This document shows positions 23,636-36,462 of a stretch of DNA of 64,000 bases, one piece after another. A model generated the notes under the pieces. That model was given only the letters and a program-made list of their open reading frames with translations. It was not told where the DNA came from and made no database searches. Source of the stretch: Callorhinchus milii (taxonomy: Eukaryota); NCBI RefSeq assembly GCF_018977255.1, contig NW_024704743.1, positions 93,622,001 through 93,686,000 on the forward strand. The letters are read 5' to 3'. Numbering within the stretch: position 1 is the stretch's first letter; the number at the start of each line of letters is the position of its first letter. A program made the translations under genes and the position numbers.

Positions 23636-23960
23636 GTGGAGTCCTGTAGCTCAGTGGTTAGAGCACTCGCTTTGCAAGCGAGAGACCTGAATTCAATTCC
23701 AGGCAGAGGGCGAAACCTTGGGCAAGTTTCCTTACTCCACAGAGCCTAATAATAATCCCTCCAAAACCAAAAACAATAATAAATTGGTCATTTTCAATCT
23801 ACGACTGTTTGTGGGACATTGCTGTGCACAATTGGCTGCCGCGTTCGCCCACAAATATACAGTCAATTCACTTTACAGTGTGTTCTGTGAAGCGCTTTGG
23901 GACGTCCTCCCGATGTGAAAAGCGTTATATCAAATGCAAGGATTATTATTATTATGATTA
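23636..23960 (+). mobile_element. Young SINE, copy 5
   Basis: Full match. Confidence 0.92.
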
Positions 23961-24324
23961 TTATAGATTATTGTTGTTGTATTCCTCCCAATGCGTATTT
24001 GTTTCCCACTTTCCCATTTCCCCTTCTCCTGAAAATAATGATATAATAATCCTTGTATTTGATATAGTGCCTTATCACGTCTTCAAGACATCTCAAAGTG
24101 CTTCACAAAATATACCATAAAGCAAATTGACTGTATATTTTGTGCGTGAAACTTTTGCTGGGGTAAGAATTCCATGCATTTCAGAAATCTTGACCAAAGG
24201 CCACTTTTCAGTTGTAGCCTACAAAGGGTCAGTAAACTTTCTGTGGAGAGGGTCAAAGCCAAATCTAATCCTCTTCTCACCAAATACACACACTTCAGCA
24301 GGGGGTACTACACAGAGGTTTAAA

Positions 24325-24670
24325 TTTTTACGTTAGAAGGATGTCTAAAAGTGCTTGACACTGCTGGCTGGGCATCCAAGCTGGGGGGTGGGAGCTGGGG
24401 ATAGGAGTGGGAGTGGGAGATGGGCCTTGAACGAGGTGAGTGACGGAGTGAGTTGGAGAGACTCTGAGATGGAGTTTCACAGAGTGGGCCTGAATGACTG
24501 AATGCTCTCCTGTCAGTGATGGGATGGATAGAGGAGGCGACATCAAGCAGGTGTTTGCTGAGTGAAGAGAGTGACTGCGTTGGTAGCGAGGTCACGGAGA
24601 TAGGGTTGGAGCACAACCATGGAGGAATGGTGAGAACGAGGATAATGAGGATCTTGAATTTGTTGAGGAG
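24325..24670 (-). mobile_element. Old L2 3' fragment
   Basis: rc encodes RAFSHS / FKIL-like motifs and a tail. Confidence 0.65.
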
Positions 24671-26631
24671 CAGACACTCTAGTCCACCCTGGCCCAGTCA
24701 GGGCAATACTTGTCATAGCCAAGTATCGACCTGACTGAGATCAGACAGGGATTCTCTCAGTTAAATTCATTTCAAAGTCAGTTTTCCAAAATATTTAAAA
24801 TACCTTGCGCAAAACCACTTTCAAATTAAGGCTATACTTAAGAATTTGACAAATTCAGAGAGTAAACGTACAGAAGTAAAACCCATCACGAAAAGCTCAA
24901 CCCTGTGCAGTTCCTCAGCTGCTAAAAAAAACTGTTTTTAATTTTTTCATAACAAAACCACATGTAACTCACTTTTTTTACTCAAATTCATCTTGCAACA
25001 TTTTGTATATAGCTAGTTTATTTAAGTTGAGTGATGCAGAAAGGGCTTGAGATATATTTAGTGGGTTTGGATGAAGATGTGACACTTCCAGAGCTTTGGA
25101 ACATCCTCCCAACGTGAAAGGCACTATACAAATGTAATTTTGTTGTTGTTGAGAGAATTGATGCAGTCGATCTCCTATTCTTAGTTCCATTGAGGCCTTG
25201 CAAATGATTGCTTTGAGAAAAGTTCTTTACTCACAATGCCATCAATCTGCTGAGGTTGTAAGGGAAATTGTTACAGGAAAGAGTTTGCTTATCAATGTTG
25301 TAGCAATCTCACCAAGTTTACTTGTCTTTTTAGACCATCTAGAAGGATCAATCAACAGTTGTACAGTTGCCAAGCTGTGGTTTCCATGTCTTGCTGACCT
25401 GCCACAGTGTCCCCCCTTGTGACTGCAGAAGACAGTTGCATTGGGGAAAATTTAATTCTCTTGTGATTCTCGTGCATCTTTGCCAAATCATTCTCATGCT
25501 GGCTCTTTCACATCCACTGCCCTCAATAGCATTCCAAGAGTATGTTGTCCTTGTGCAACTTTTTGGCTACTTCTGAAAAGTGCTTCCTGCATATCAATGT
25601 ACAACTATATAGTTTGTCTCATCATCCAATGCACATGAATTGAAACTATTCCTCCTAATACAGGTGGAAATTCCACCTGATTTAGTTTACTAACATTACA
25701 GTCCTGAGTCTGCAGAATTTGGCAAATTGTTAAATTCAGTTTTACCTCTGAAGCTGTTTTCAAAGGTTTCAAAGTTAAACAGTTTATTTAAGAGTTTGAC
25801 AAATTCTGACTACTCTGAAATGCTAGATTAATAGAGTAAAGCTGGACCAGGTAGAGTGCCTTAAGATTCCAATGAATACAAGTGTGTTGCAAAACACGCA
25901 TACAAATAAGCTAAATATTTATTGTGAGATCTGTTAAGTACCAATTCAGAATCTGATATATTAATCTCGACTAGTCTTTGATTTTATATCCCTAACCCCT
26001 TACCAATACAATTATTATCAAGTACAATTTGCCATCTGGATATTATCAGATTAAACAGAACAGGAAACCAGTTTTCTGGTGTCTACCTGGATGTTTTGAT
26101 TCACACAAGTCATCTAATTTCTTTACATACACAGCCTTTTAAGTGCTTCTTGTAAAATATCATTAACTTGTGTATAATGTCACGAGATATCAAGAATGCT
26201 GAGAAAATAAATCATAATGAAGTTTCAGACAGCAAATTCTGAACTTTAGTAATTTTGCTAAGAGGCTAGTGTAAGCGGTGCTGTTAAGTCCATTTATTTA
26301 ATATTTGTTACTAAACAACTCTTCAGAGACTTGTCCACAGCTCACATTCCAGACACTTTCTATAACAAAAAATTGCTTAAAAATAATTCAATTAGTTGAA
26401 ACAATCTGCAACCAAGAAGTGAAAAGCACAAATATACAATTTCGGTATCCAGATCTCAGTGTCAAAACGTTGGAAAATCTGTCTGGGAGACTTATGACTC
26501 ACTGTAGCAGGCTGGATGTTTGGTGTGGCGAGAGCAAATTGTGGTCTGCAATCAGTTCAAACCAGTGTTGCACAAATTGTTATTGCTGCCAATCAAAAGA
26601 GTGCATATGTATAAACATATAGATACAGTAT

Positions 26632-27278
26632 ACAACAACAACAACAAAATGACATTTGTATAGTGCCTTTCACGTCGGGAGGACGTCCCAAGGTGCTGGA
26701 CAATCAGTGCTTCGGTCCTGAGCTGAGGGTCGGGATTGGGCAGGGTGGAGGGTAGGGGGAAAAAGAGGGTGACCTAAGGCACGGTCGAAGAGGAGGGTCT
26801 GGAGACGGTTCTTGAAGGAGGCAAGGGAGAGAGCGAGGCAGAGGGACTGTGGGATGAAGTTCCAGAGGGTGGGGGCAGAGTGGCTGAAGGCCTGCCCACC
26901 AGTGGTTGGGTAGGCGATGCGAGGGACAAGAAGCAGGTCGGAGCCCACTGAGCGGAGGGAGCAGGTAGGTTAGTAGGGGGTTAGGAGGTCGCAGAGGTAG
27001 TGGGGAGCAAGGCCATGGAGGGTTTTGAAGGTGAGGACCAGGATCTTGAATTGTATTTTCTGTGTGATGGGAAATCAGTGGAGTCGGGCGGGGATGGGAG
27101 GAATGGGGTCGTGGAGCCTGGTGCGGTAGAGGTCACAGGTTGCAGAATTCTGGATGATCTGCATTCTATGGAGGGAAGAGTTGTGGAAGCCAACAAGCAG
27201 GGAGTTTGCGTAATTGAGTCTGGATGTTATAAATGTATGTATAAGGGTCTCGGCAGCCTGTGGTGTGAGACAGTATAG
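26632..27278 (-). mobile_element. L2 3' fragment
   Basis: (CAA)n tail; PTTGGQAFSHSAPTLWN...SLASFKNRLQTLLFDRA. Confidence 0.88.
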
Positions 27279-27979
27279 CGAAATAAAGATGAAGAACCAG
27301 TGAAATACTATTTAGTAATAGTAATACCGTGAGAGAGCAATTCCCTTTACCAGCTCCCCTGTCACTCAGGCCAACCAACATACATTCCAAAAGATGATTG
27401 TGGTTACAGTGTGTACTGTCTACAGAATGCACTGCAGCAACTCACCGAAAATGCTTCCACAGCATATCCCAGTCCTGCAACCTCCATCATCCAGAAAAAC
27501 AAGATCGTCATCATCATGGTTCCCCTCCAAGCCACGCACCATCCTAACTTGACATACTGTATACATCACAATTCCTTTATTCCTCAGCGCTTTGGGACGT
27601 CCTCCCGACATGAAAGGCGCTCTATAAATGTAATTGTGTTATTGTGGGTTGTTGTTTATTGTTGCTGGTCAAAATCCTGGAGCTTCCAACTGACACTTAT
27701 TGTTGGAGCACCAAAGAGAAAGTCCTACTACCACCACAACTTTCTCAGGACAACCAGGGATGAGCAGTTAATGCAGGCAAAATGCCCCCATCCCAAGAAA
27801 AAGTGAAAAAAACCTGAGACGAGGATATGTGAACCAAAATCTGGGTAGCAGTTGAAATCTTAAAATAAGTTACATAAAATTTTAAAATTAAGTGTGTATT
27901 TAAGAATTTGCAACATTCGAAGATGCTTTGTAACCTATACTAATAAAGATGAAATGTCTGTCTATGTGTCTGTCTGTCT

Positions 27980-29357
27980 CTCGCCTTAGGCTCTGTTCCA
28001 CCCCCCTGAAAACCAATGTTATCACATCCCTCCTCAAAAAAAACACCTTCGATCTCTCTCATCTCTCACATTACCATCCCATTTCCAACCTACCCTTCCT
28101 TGGCAAAGTCCTGAAACACATTGTCGTAGGTCAACTTCGGTAATACCTCTCCATCTACTCTCTCCTTGAGCACCTGCAGTCTGGTTTTTGCCCTGCCCAC
28201 AGCACAGAGATAACGTTTGTCATAGAATCATAGAATTATACAGCACAGAAGGAGGCCATCAAAGTCGCAAACGACATTCTCTCTATCTGTGGCCAGGGAT
28301 CCCTCTGCCTCCTCGTCCTCCTGGATCTCTCTGCTACGTTCGACACAGTCGACCACGCCATCCTCCTCCATCAGCTTTCCTCCTTCATCTTTCTTAGTGG
28401 GACCGCACTCATGTGGTTTGAGTCCTACTTAACCAATCGCCTCCATTTCATCTCAACAAATAGTTTCTGCCCCCATCCCCGCCTGGTCACCTGTGGGGTA
28501 CCTCAGGGCTCCATCCTTGGCCCTCTTCTTTTCCTTACCTATGTGCTCCCTCTGGGCAATGTCATCCACAGACATGGGGTAAACTTCCACATGTATTTGG
28601 TTGACACACAAATCTACTTTGCCTCCTCCAGCCTCGACTCCAGGTTCACTAATGTTCTATCAGCTTCTCTGGCAAACATCAAGGCCTGGATGAGTGTAAA
28701 CTTCCTGCAGCTGAATACGGACAAGACTGAAACTGTAGTCCTTGTCTCCCATCAATATCTTCACTCCTGCGGATCTAACCTCCTCAACCTCCCTAGGCTC
28801 TCCCTCAAACTCACCGAACCAGTGCGCAACCTAGGTATCCGGTTTGACACCCAGCTGTCCTTCCTCCCCCACATCCGGTCCCTGACCAGGTCCGCCTTCT
28901 TCCACCTCTGCCACATTGCCCACCTCCGACTGTACCTTACCACTAATGCAGCCGAAACCCTCATGCATATGTTTGTCAGCTCCCACTTGGATTACTCCAA
29001 CACACTCCTTGTCGGTCTCCCCAGCTCCACCATTCACAAGATTCAGCTCATTCAAAACTCTGCTGCCCGCATACTGACCCGGACCAAACTCTGTACCCAC
29101 ATCTCACCAGTAATGGCCAGGATCCACTGGCTTCCCATCACCGAACGGATCGACTTCAAGATCGTCACACTCGTGTTCAAATCCGTTCACTCCCTGGCAC
29201 CTCCCTACCTTTCCGACCTCCTCACTCTCCACTCCACCACCACCACTCGACTGGCACCAGCCTCCTGCTTGTCCCTAGCACCCTCCGCCCCAACATCGGA
29301 GGTTGCGTTTTCAGCCACTATGTCCCAAAAACTCTGGAAAACTCTCCCTCAATCCCT
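27980..29357 (+). mobile_element. L2 ORF2 reverse-transcriptase remnant
   Basis: YHPISNLPFLGKVL, CGVPQGSILGPLLF, FHMYLVDTQ (YADD mutated), FLQLNTDKTE, IHWLPITERIDFK; ORF 28411..29397. Confidence 0.92.
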
Positions 29358-30774
29358 CATCAGAAAGGTCTTGCATGGGAGAGTGTCGTGGGCATAATTT
29401 TTTCAGGGATCTCCTATCTTTGATGAGTTATGCTAAAAAATGCTATAATTCAGCCCAATGTATGAGATATGCATGGTATTCTGCAACAAATTAGCGACAG
29501 AGGAAATCACACACCCTTCCAGAGAGATACACTGGGAGATGGATGGAGAGAGGGAAGGAGGGAAGAGAGTTGTGAAAAAAAATTCAATGCAACATTTTTA
29601 AAGTTAAATCTCTTCCCCCCTCCCCCACACCAAAAAAAAATAGCCTGAGTCCCATAATCTCTCGAGGGTAAGAGTGAGGAGGTGAGAGATGTTTTTTAGG
29701 AGGAGAGAGGGAGGAGAGGGGCAAGGTTATATGAGCATTTGAGTGAGTGAGTGAGTGAATCAGGAGGGAGGGAGGGAGGGAGGGAGGGAGGAGAAAGGGT
29801 TAAAGTTAAGCCTGAGGCCTTCTCGGACTGACTAAGCACCATGAGTTGAGAGAGAGAGCGAGCGATCCCAACACAGCTTACATCACCGCATGTGTGTTTG
29901 TCCCCCAATAACGCAATAACAGATTGATGTTATACACCTCATTTATACCTCATCGATTTGTACCCCATCAGAAAGGTCTTGCATGGGGGAGTGTTATGGG
30001 CATATTTTGATGAGCTATAACCTAAACAAGCTCATCACACATGTATGACAGCTTTGGTTGAGGTATACACACAGTGTTTATGGCATGTTAAATGGTTTGT
30101 GAGTGGTATCTTTGAAATCTACATTCCATATTGGATCCTTTAGTTGAAGCATAGCTGCAATGGGTACAGCTAGTGTTTTATAAATAGAGTACATCTAGAC
30201 CCATGTGGAACTGTTACCCCATGATGCTCATACGAACAATCCTCTTAATACTGTAGCTACCAGACTTCTATCAATGTATAAATTTAACAAACACATATGG
30301 AAAATTAGGGAGATATTTATAGATTTTACATAATGGTCCTGTTTTTGAGCTTTGCCAAGGAGCTTTGAAAAAGATCTATGGACAGTGGCTGACTGGCTCC
30401 CAAAACTGCTCGGGATTTTAAATGAAAAAAGAGGGGCACTGATTTGTGGGAGGCGCAAAGGCATATCTAGATTGCTAGCACACTCACCATCATCTTGGCC
30501 ATGGTGGATTTCCTCTCCTCCAGGCTCGCTGACTATCCCACCATGCACCAAGGCAAGACACAGAGAGCATCTGCACAAGGAGAAAAGCAGCAGGATCTGC
30601 GCCTGCAACTGGCAAATTTGCCCTTATGCATAAGTGCTCAGAAGGCCAATGTGCAGCTGTTTAAAAGGGGCTCTCGGGAACCATTCAAAATTTTCGTATT
30701 TTCCGAATAGTCTGTTTTGTCTGCCTCTGTCTAGGGTTGTCAGTTAACTCAAACGCTCACCACATTACAACAGC

Positions 30775-31155
30775 TTGAGGCAGCAATAAACAAGATAAAC
30801 AGGATGCTGGAATATATTATCAAATCAGTTGAGTTCAGATCCTAATACTCAAACTATATAGTACCCTGGTCAGCCACACTTGGAGTACTGCATACAGTTC
30901 TGGACACTGTGACACTGTGACATAAGAGGGTGGCCTAGGCCCTGGAGCAGAGGAGAGCTGCAAAGGGAAATGTCGGACCCCAGGAGTGTTCTTTACCCAG
31001 AGGTTAATTAATGAGTGGGTGGGGTGGTTGAAGCCAGGGCACTGGATTCATTAAAAAAGAAAAGCTTGATGCTGTGATGAGAGGGTGGGTATTCTGGAAA
31101 CAAAATATGAAATGAGCCAAAGAGCTTTCTTCATCGAAACTAATCCTATGATCTT
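30775..31155 (+). mobile_element. Old CR1 3' fragment
   Basis: aacaggatgctgg...ccctggtcagccacacttggagtactgcatacagttctgg (LVRPHLEYC-like); ttctttacccagagg. Confidence 0.7.
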
Positions 31156-31499
31156 TTCACCAGTTATGATCATGCTTCTTAACCTGATCTTTTACCATCC
31201 TAATCTCTTTCAGCCACGAGACTGGGCCATTGCCATTGTAAACTACTAAAGGGATGCCATCAAAGCCACCCTATGATTAGACAACAGAGGTTCAATTACA
31301 TAAAATGAGGCCCTGTCTGTTGGCCTTCCCTTTCCTCCAGTTGAAATATTAAAGCATTATTTAGTGTATCTGAATTCAAATGTCAGCTTTAGCTTTGGGG
31401 AAATTTGGTTCTTTTTAAGTTTAGCCCAACTTCATTACTGTCAGACCCACCAAACACTACATTTATCCACATCTGCTTAAAGCCAGACATGCTTTTCCT

Positions 31500-32293
31500 T
31501 GATCAAGACTGATTTCCTTCGCCTCTGCCACAACGTCCTCCTCCACCACTATCTTACACCCAGTGCCAATAAAACACTCATTCACATCTTTCTTACATCC
31601 AGTTTAGACTTCTACAAAGCACTCCTCGCTGGTATCCCAAGCTCCACTATTCACAAAATGCAACACATGCAAAACTCCACACTATATGCTGAATGCCTAT
31701 CAGTCCAGCATTCGCTAGGCTTCATTGTCTTCCAGCAAACTGATTTCAAGGTCCTCATCTATAAATCCATCCATACCCTGGCACCTCCTTATTACTGATT
31801 TTCTCCTACCCAGCTCCTCCGCTCACCTCTTGTTCGTCTAACTCAGGCTTCATGTAATACTCCATCCTTGCTGTGCCATCATCAGTGCTCAAATCTTCAA
31901 CTTCTATGCTCCCAACCCTGCAACTCCCTCCCTCTACCCCTCCATCTCATCCCATCTTTTTGTCTTGCCTAAAACCTACCTTTTCAAATGTGCTATTGCC
32001 GCCTCTCCCTCCCCTTTCTCCCTTGCTCGATGTCTAACCTGTCCTTGTAAAGCACTCTGAGGTATTACCCTAGATCAGTGGTGGCCAATCTGTGGCCCTC
32101 CGAATATTTACACAAGTTTAGGTAAGTCTGTGTTCAATTGATAGTGTGTTTTCAGTTTTTTCTTCATTGAATATTTCTTGATTTATGGCATCAATTAAGA
32201 AATATTCAATTAAGAAACATTTATTTTGGCCAACCATAAAAATTGGTCACCACTGCATTAGATGAAGGTGCTATATAAAGTTATCATTGTTGT
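31500..32293 (+). mobile_element. Old L2 3' fragment with a MITE inserted in its tail
   Basis: SSLDFYKALLAGIPSSTIHK; tail resumes gaaggtgctatataaag...ttgttg after the MITE. Confidence 0.75.
32076..32255. mobile_element. hAT (Charlie-like) MITE, 180 bp
   Basis: TIRs CAGTGGTGGCCAAT / ATTGGTCACCACTG (13/14); 8-bp TSD CCCTAGAT / CATTAGAT. Confidence 0.8.
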
Positions 32294-33709
32294 TTTTGAC
32301 ATATTTTCATTGCATTAAGATGGGCTGTTGTTCCAAGATGTGCTCCTCTTTCTATCACTTGCCACTGCACTTGTAGGTGTTCTACCTGCTACTTTCATAT
32401 CAGTGAAAAAAGAACACCTTATGCAGGTCTCACTCTCGCTCTTACAGTGAAGAGCGTTGCCTCACCAATAGCTCAGTAATTCAAACATTTGTGCTATATT
32501 CGCAAAGGAAGCAAAGTGAACCTGCACTAACCCTAAAGCATAAAATAATTAAGTGAAACATAAAGCACTTGCATTTTAGCAATGCATGGTGACTTTTCAG
32601 GTCAGGATACAAGTGCATGTTTATTTGTTTTGGGAAAAAAAGACCTATATTTAACACAAGCTGTTTTGTTATTTTTATGAACCCAGTCTGCCAGCCATCA
32701 CCTGGAGCAGGTAATATCACTTATGCCAAAATGTATGCAAATAACAAAGAGCTTGGCATAAATTGATTCTGGAACTGGCTGTTACATCTAAATTGTTCTG
32801 ATTCCACAGTTCTTAGTATTTCAGACCACTGGAGCCACCGAGTATCTATCACTATCCAAAAACTTCCGAGGCTATATCCAAACCAATGACTAGTTACACT
32901 CATTATTTCCTTTGAATCGAGGCCAGTTTTCAGCAGGAACATAAACTCGTATTACTTGAAGACTATTATAGTTGGTGCCGGCTGCATTTGACCAGCCAGA
33001 CTGCTTATTTTTGGACTCAAGCTACCAAAATTATTAGGTCCACTGGCAGGTTTTAGAAGCAGATTTTTTTTTAATGTTCAAATGAATATTTTCATTCAGA
33101 CCTCAGCAGAGTGATGGCAAGCCTTGCTGAGAACTCTGATGGGTGCAATTTTATACTTGTAATGGGACAAGTGGAGGTATGAATTTTTAAGCACCTTTAT
33201 GATGTTCCCTCTTTCATAAGAACACTGTTGTGTTCTGTGTGTCCTTACCGGTTACCAGGAGAATCCCCCCAGCTTCCCATTTACATAACTCAGGTTGGTT
33301 ATTAAGGATTCCATTTCAAAATCCTAGTCTTATCCTGTAATATCATTTTGTGTAAAAAATGTAAAATCACACAGAATAGTGAAACATTCTTAAGTTCCAC
33401 CTTAATTAGGAAGTCATTTTTTTTAAGAACTGTGGAAAAGCAATTAAGACTGTATTCAAGGATTGTATTCAACTCTGTGCAATGTTAAATCTTTAGACAA
33501 AATTATCTAGTAGGTAAAGACTAAGTGGAATTTCAAGCCTTCTTCATTCTACAGGCCTCAGATTACCAAATGCTTCAATTTGAACATTGCTTTTAAATGG
33601 CCAATAAATGCAATTTGTTGTTGTTGGTGGTGCTGTTGACACAGGGTTGTTGAACTTAATTTGAAAACTATTTTTCCCACAATTCTTATCAAGGACAAGC
33701 TTCTGAATT

Positions 33710-33980
33710 AATGATAATAATAATAATCCTTCCATTGGATATAGCGCCTTTCACATAGGATGACATCTCAAACCATTTCACAGGACATACTGTAAAGTGT
33801 AGTGACTGTATTTTCTAGGTGAACACAGCAGCCAGTTTTCACCCGGCAGTATCCCACAAACAGCCATGAAGTGAATGATCAATTTTATTTGTTGGCCAGT
33901 CAATGGAGGAAACTCCTCTTTTTGAACAGTGCCATGGAATCTTTAACATCCACCTGAACTGGCAGATGGGACCTCATCCA
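33710..33980 (-). mobile_element. DeuSINE-type 3' part
   Basis: (TAA)n tail and cagtgccatggaatctttaacatccacctgaa core. Confidence 0.72.
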
Positions 33981-35319
33981 AATTCAGACTGAATTCAAGC
34001 GCTTTCTTCTGTTTTGTTCAATCTTAAATATAACACAATATAGTCTTGCAGATTAAGTGGATGGGTGTTATGATAGGAGGATAGTAGGTGGGAATAATGA
34101 GATCAAATGGACCAAAGGGCTTTTCTTCATCTGAACCTCTCTTGTGATCTTGTGCATTTCAGAGATAATTGGAAATGGGGGGAAATTGAGTGCTTTGTCT
34201 CTGAGACACAAAGTCATGCAATGCAGCCTTTTTATTAGTCAGCCAGGTGTCTGACGCACAGAAATAACATTGTCACACTTAAGAGTATTTGGCATTTTGC
34301 CTACAAAATACAGTCTTACACTTTACAATAAATCCTGTGAAGTGCTTTGAAACATCCTCGCAAAGTGAAAGTTCTATCAATGTAAGGATTATTTAGTATT
34401 ATATGCATAGAAATTTCCCTGTGTGCATACTCTCTCCCATAGGGACACACACTAAAGAGCACTATGCAGAACTAGCTTCATAATTAAGAATGAATTTTAA
34501 AATTTTTCAAAATTCTTTGTGATCTTAATCGACTAAGACTGCGAGGCATTTTGAGCCCCAGATGCTCACAAATACTGGGTTTATCTTACAAATTCTGCTT
34601 CAAATAGAAATGTTTCTGTGCTAATCTGGTTGCTGGCGTGGAATTCACTTCGTTTACATTGCAGGGTGTAGCAGAAGTTGCACCAGAGCAATGTACAAAC
34701 ATCTGCGCATGTACAAGCTCGCACATGCACAGTCATTTGAAAATTATTGCAGAGTTCTATCATTCCTGTGAAGGCCCATGCAAGCCAAAGCTTGGAAATT
34801 AAGACAGCAGGACAAGAGGCCACAGGTTCAGGTTCATGAACGGCAAGTTTATGTCAGACACCAGGAGAGTGTTGCTTGACACAGGATAATGAGGAGAAGG
34901 AATGCGTTACCAGGAAAGGGGAGGGGCGAAGAATATCACAAATTACAGTGCCACCTTATTATATCGCACTTCAATGCAGCAGTTACACTGTGAACCCCAT
35001 CCATTGCATGTGGATTAAGTCAGCCAGGTGCCTGTACATGCGCAGGAAACAGAAAGTGTTGCAATAACGTTACAATAACCTGATAAAACAGAACTTGGCC
35101 ATTTTGGGCACATGGTGCAAGTCAGTCAGCTGCAAGTATGCTCAGTCAAACGTGCTGTGGCACCTCACTATAGCATAGGTTGAGATTTTATGGATACCAA
35201 CACAGGGCTCCACAGTAGATTCCATTGTATGAATATGAAGTGCAGAATTGTGCATGAGTAGATCCAAAGACTCACTGACTGTGCACATCATCAATGCAAT
35301 AACAATGAGTATGTCAATC

Positions 35320-36462
35320 TGGCTCAATTGCCAGCACTCTTAGTCAGAAGGTTGTAGGTTTAATCCCCATGTTGGGACTTGGAACTCATATAGTCTAAAC
35401 TGACAGGGTAAACTAAGCAGGGTGATCAAAACCACGGTCAAAGAGGAGAGTCTTGAGATGGATCTTGAAGGAGGCAAAGGAGGGGGCGAGGCCGAAGGAC
35501 TGCGGGCTGGAGTTCCAGAGGGTTGGTGGCAGAGTGGCTGAAGGCCCCCCCGTCAATGATGGGGCGGACGAGGCAGGGGACATGAAGCAGGCCGAAGCCT
35601 GCTGGGAAGAGGAAGCAAGCAGGTTAGTAGGGGGTTAGGAGGTCGCAGAGGTAGGGGAGAGCGATGGCCATGGAGGGCTTTGAAAGTGAGGGCCAGTATT
35701 GAATTATATCCTCTGTGTGATGGGAAGCCAGTGGAGTCAGGCAAGGATGGAGTCTCGGAGCATGGTGCAGGAAGGACACGGGCTGCAGAGTTCTGGATGA
35801 TCTACAACCTATGAAGTGAGGAGTTGGGGAGGCCGACAAGCAGGGAGTTTGCATAATCAAGCCTGGATGTTATGAAAGCGTGTATGAGTGTCTCGCTGGC
35901 CTGCGACGTGAGATAGTGGTGGAGCCGGGCGATGTTGCAGAGGTGGGGGAAGGCAGAGCGGGTCATGGTACGGATGTGGAATAGAAAGGACAGTTGAGGA
36001 TCAAACAAGATGCTAAAGATCCTGACTGGCTCAATGAGGTGGAGTGTGCATCCTTGGATGGTGATGCCATCAGTGACTGAGATGTGGAGCCAATCAGGAG
36101 GGCCTCGGTCTTGTTGACGTTCAGCTGTACAAAATTAGCTCTCATCCAGAACTTGATAACTGAGGTCCCGTTTGTATATTCAGGTGGACATTTGAAGATA
36201 CCATGACACTATTCGAAAAGAGAGGGAGTTTCTCCTGGTGTCTTGGCCAACAATAAAATTGGTCATTCATTAATGGCTGTTTGTGGGATATTGCTGCATG
36301 CAACTTAGCTGCCGCATTCACCCACAAAATACACAGTCACTGTACATGTTTCTCCCACAAAACATACAGTCAATTCACTTTACAGTATATTCTGTGAAGG
36401 GCTTTGAGATGTCTCGAAAATGTGATGAAGCGTTATATCAGATGCAAGGATTATTATTATTA
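35320..36462 (+). mobile_element. DeuSINE-type element split by an antisense L2
   Basis: Head 35320-35405; core and tail resume at ~36158. Confidence 0.7.
35410..36155 (-). mobile_element. L2 ORF2 3' fragment
   Basis: MRANFVQLNVNKTE; FDPQLSF...SRLDYANSLLVGLP. Confidence 0.88.

Noticed and set aside
28411..29397. 328-aa RT ORF as a domesticated or active gene
   Set aside because: Catalytic YADD mutated to YLVD, upstream stops and an insertion, 3' frameshift
30352..30633. ORF beginning 'MPRSF' as a second SNAG protein
   Set aside because: Start codon is TTG, similarity ends after five residues, no zinc fingers
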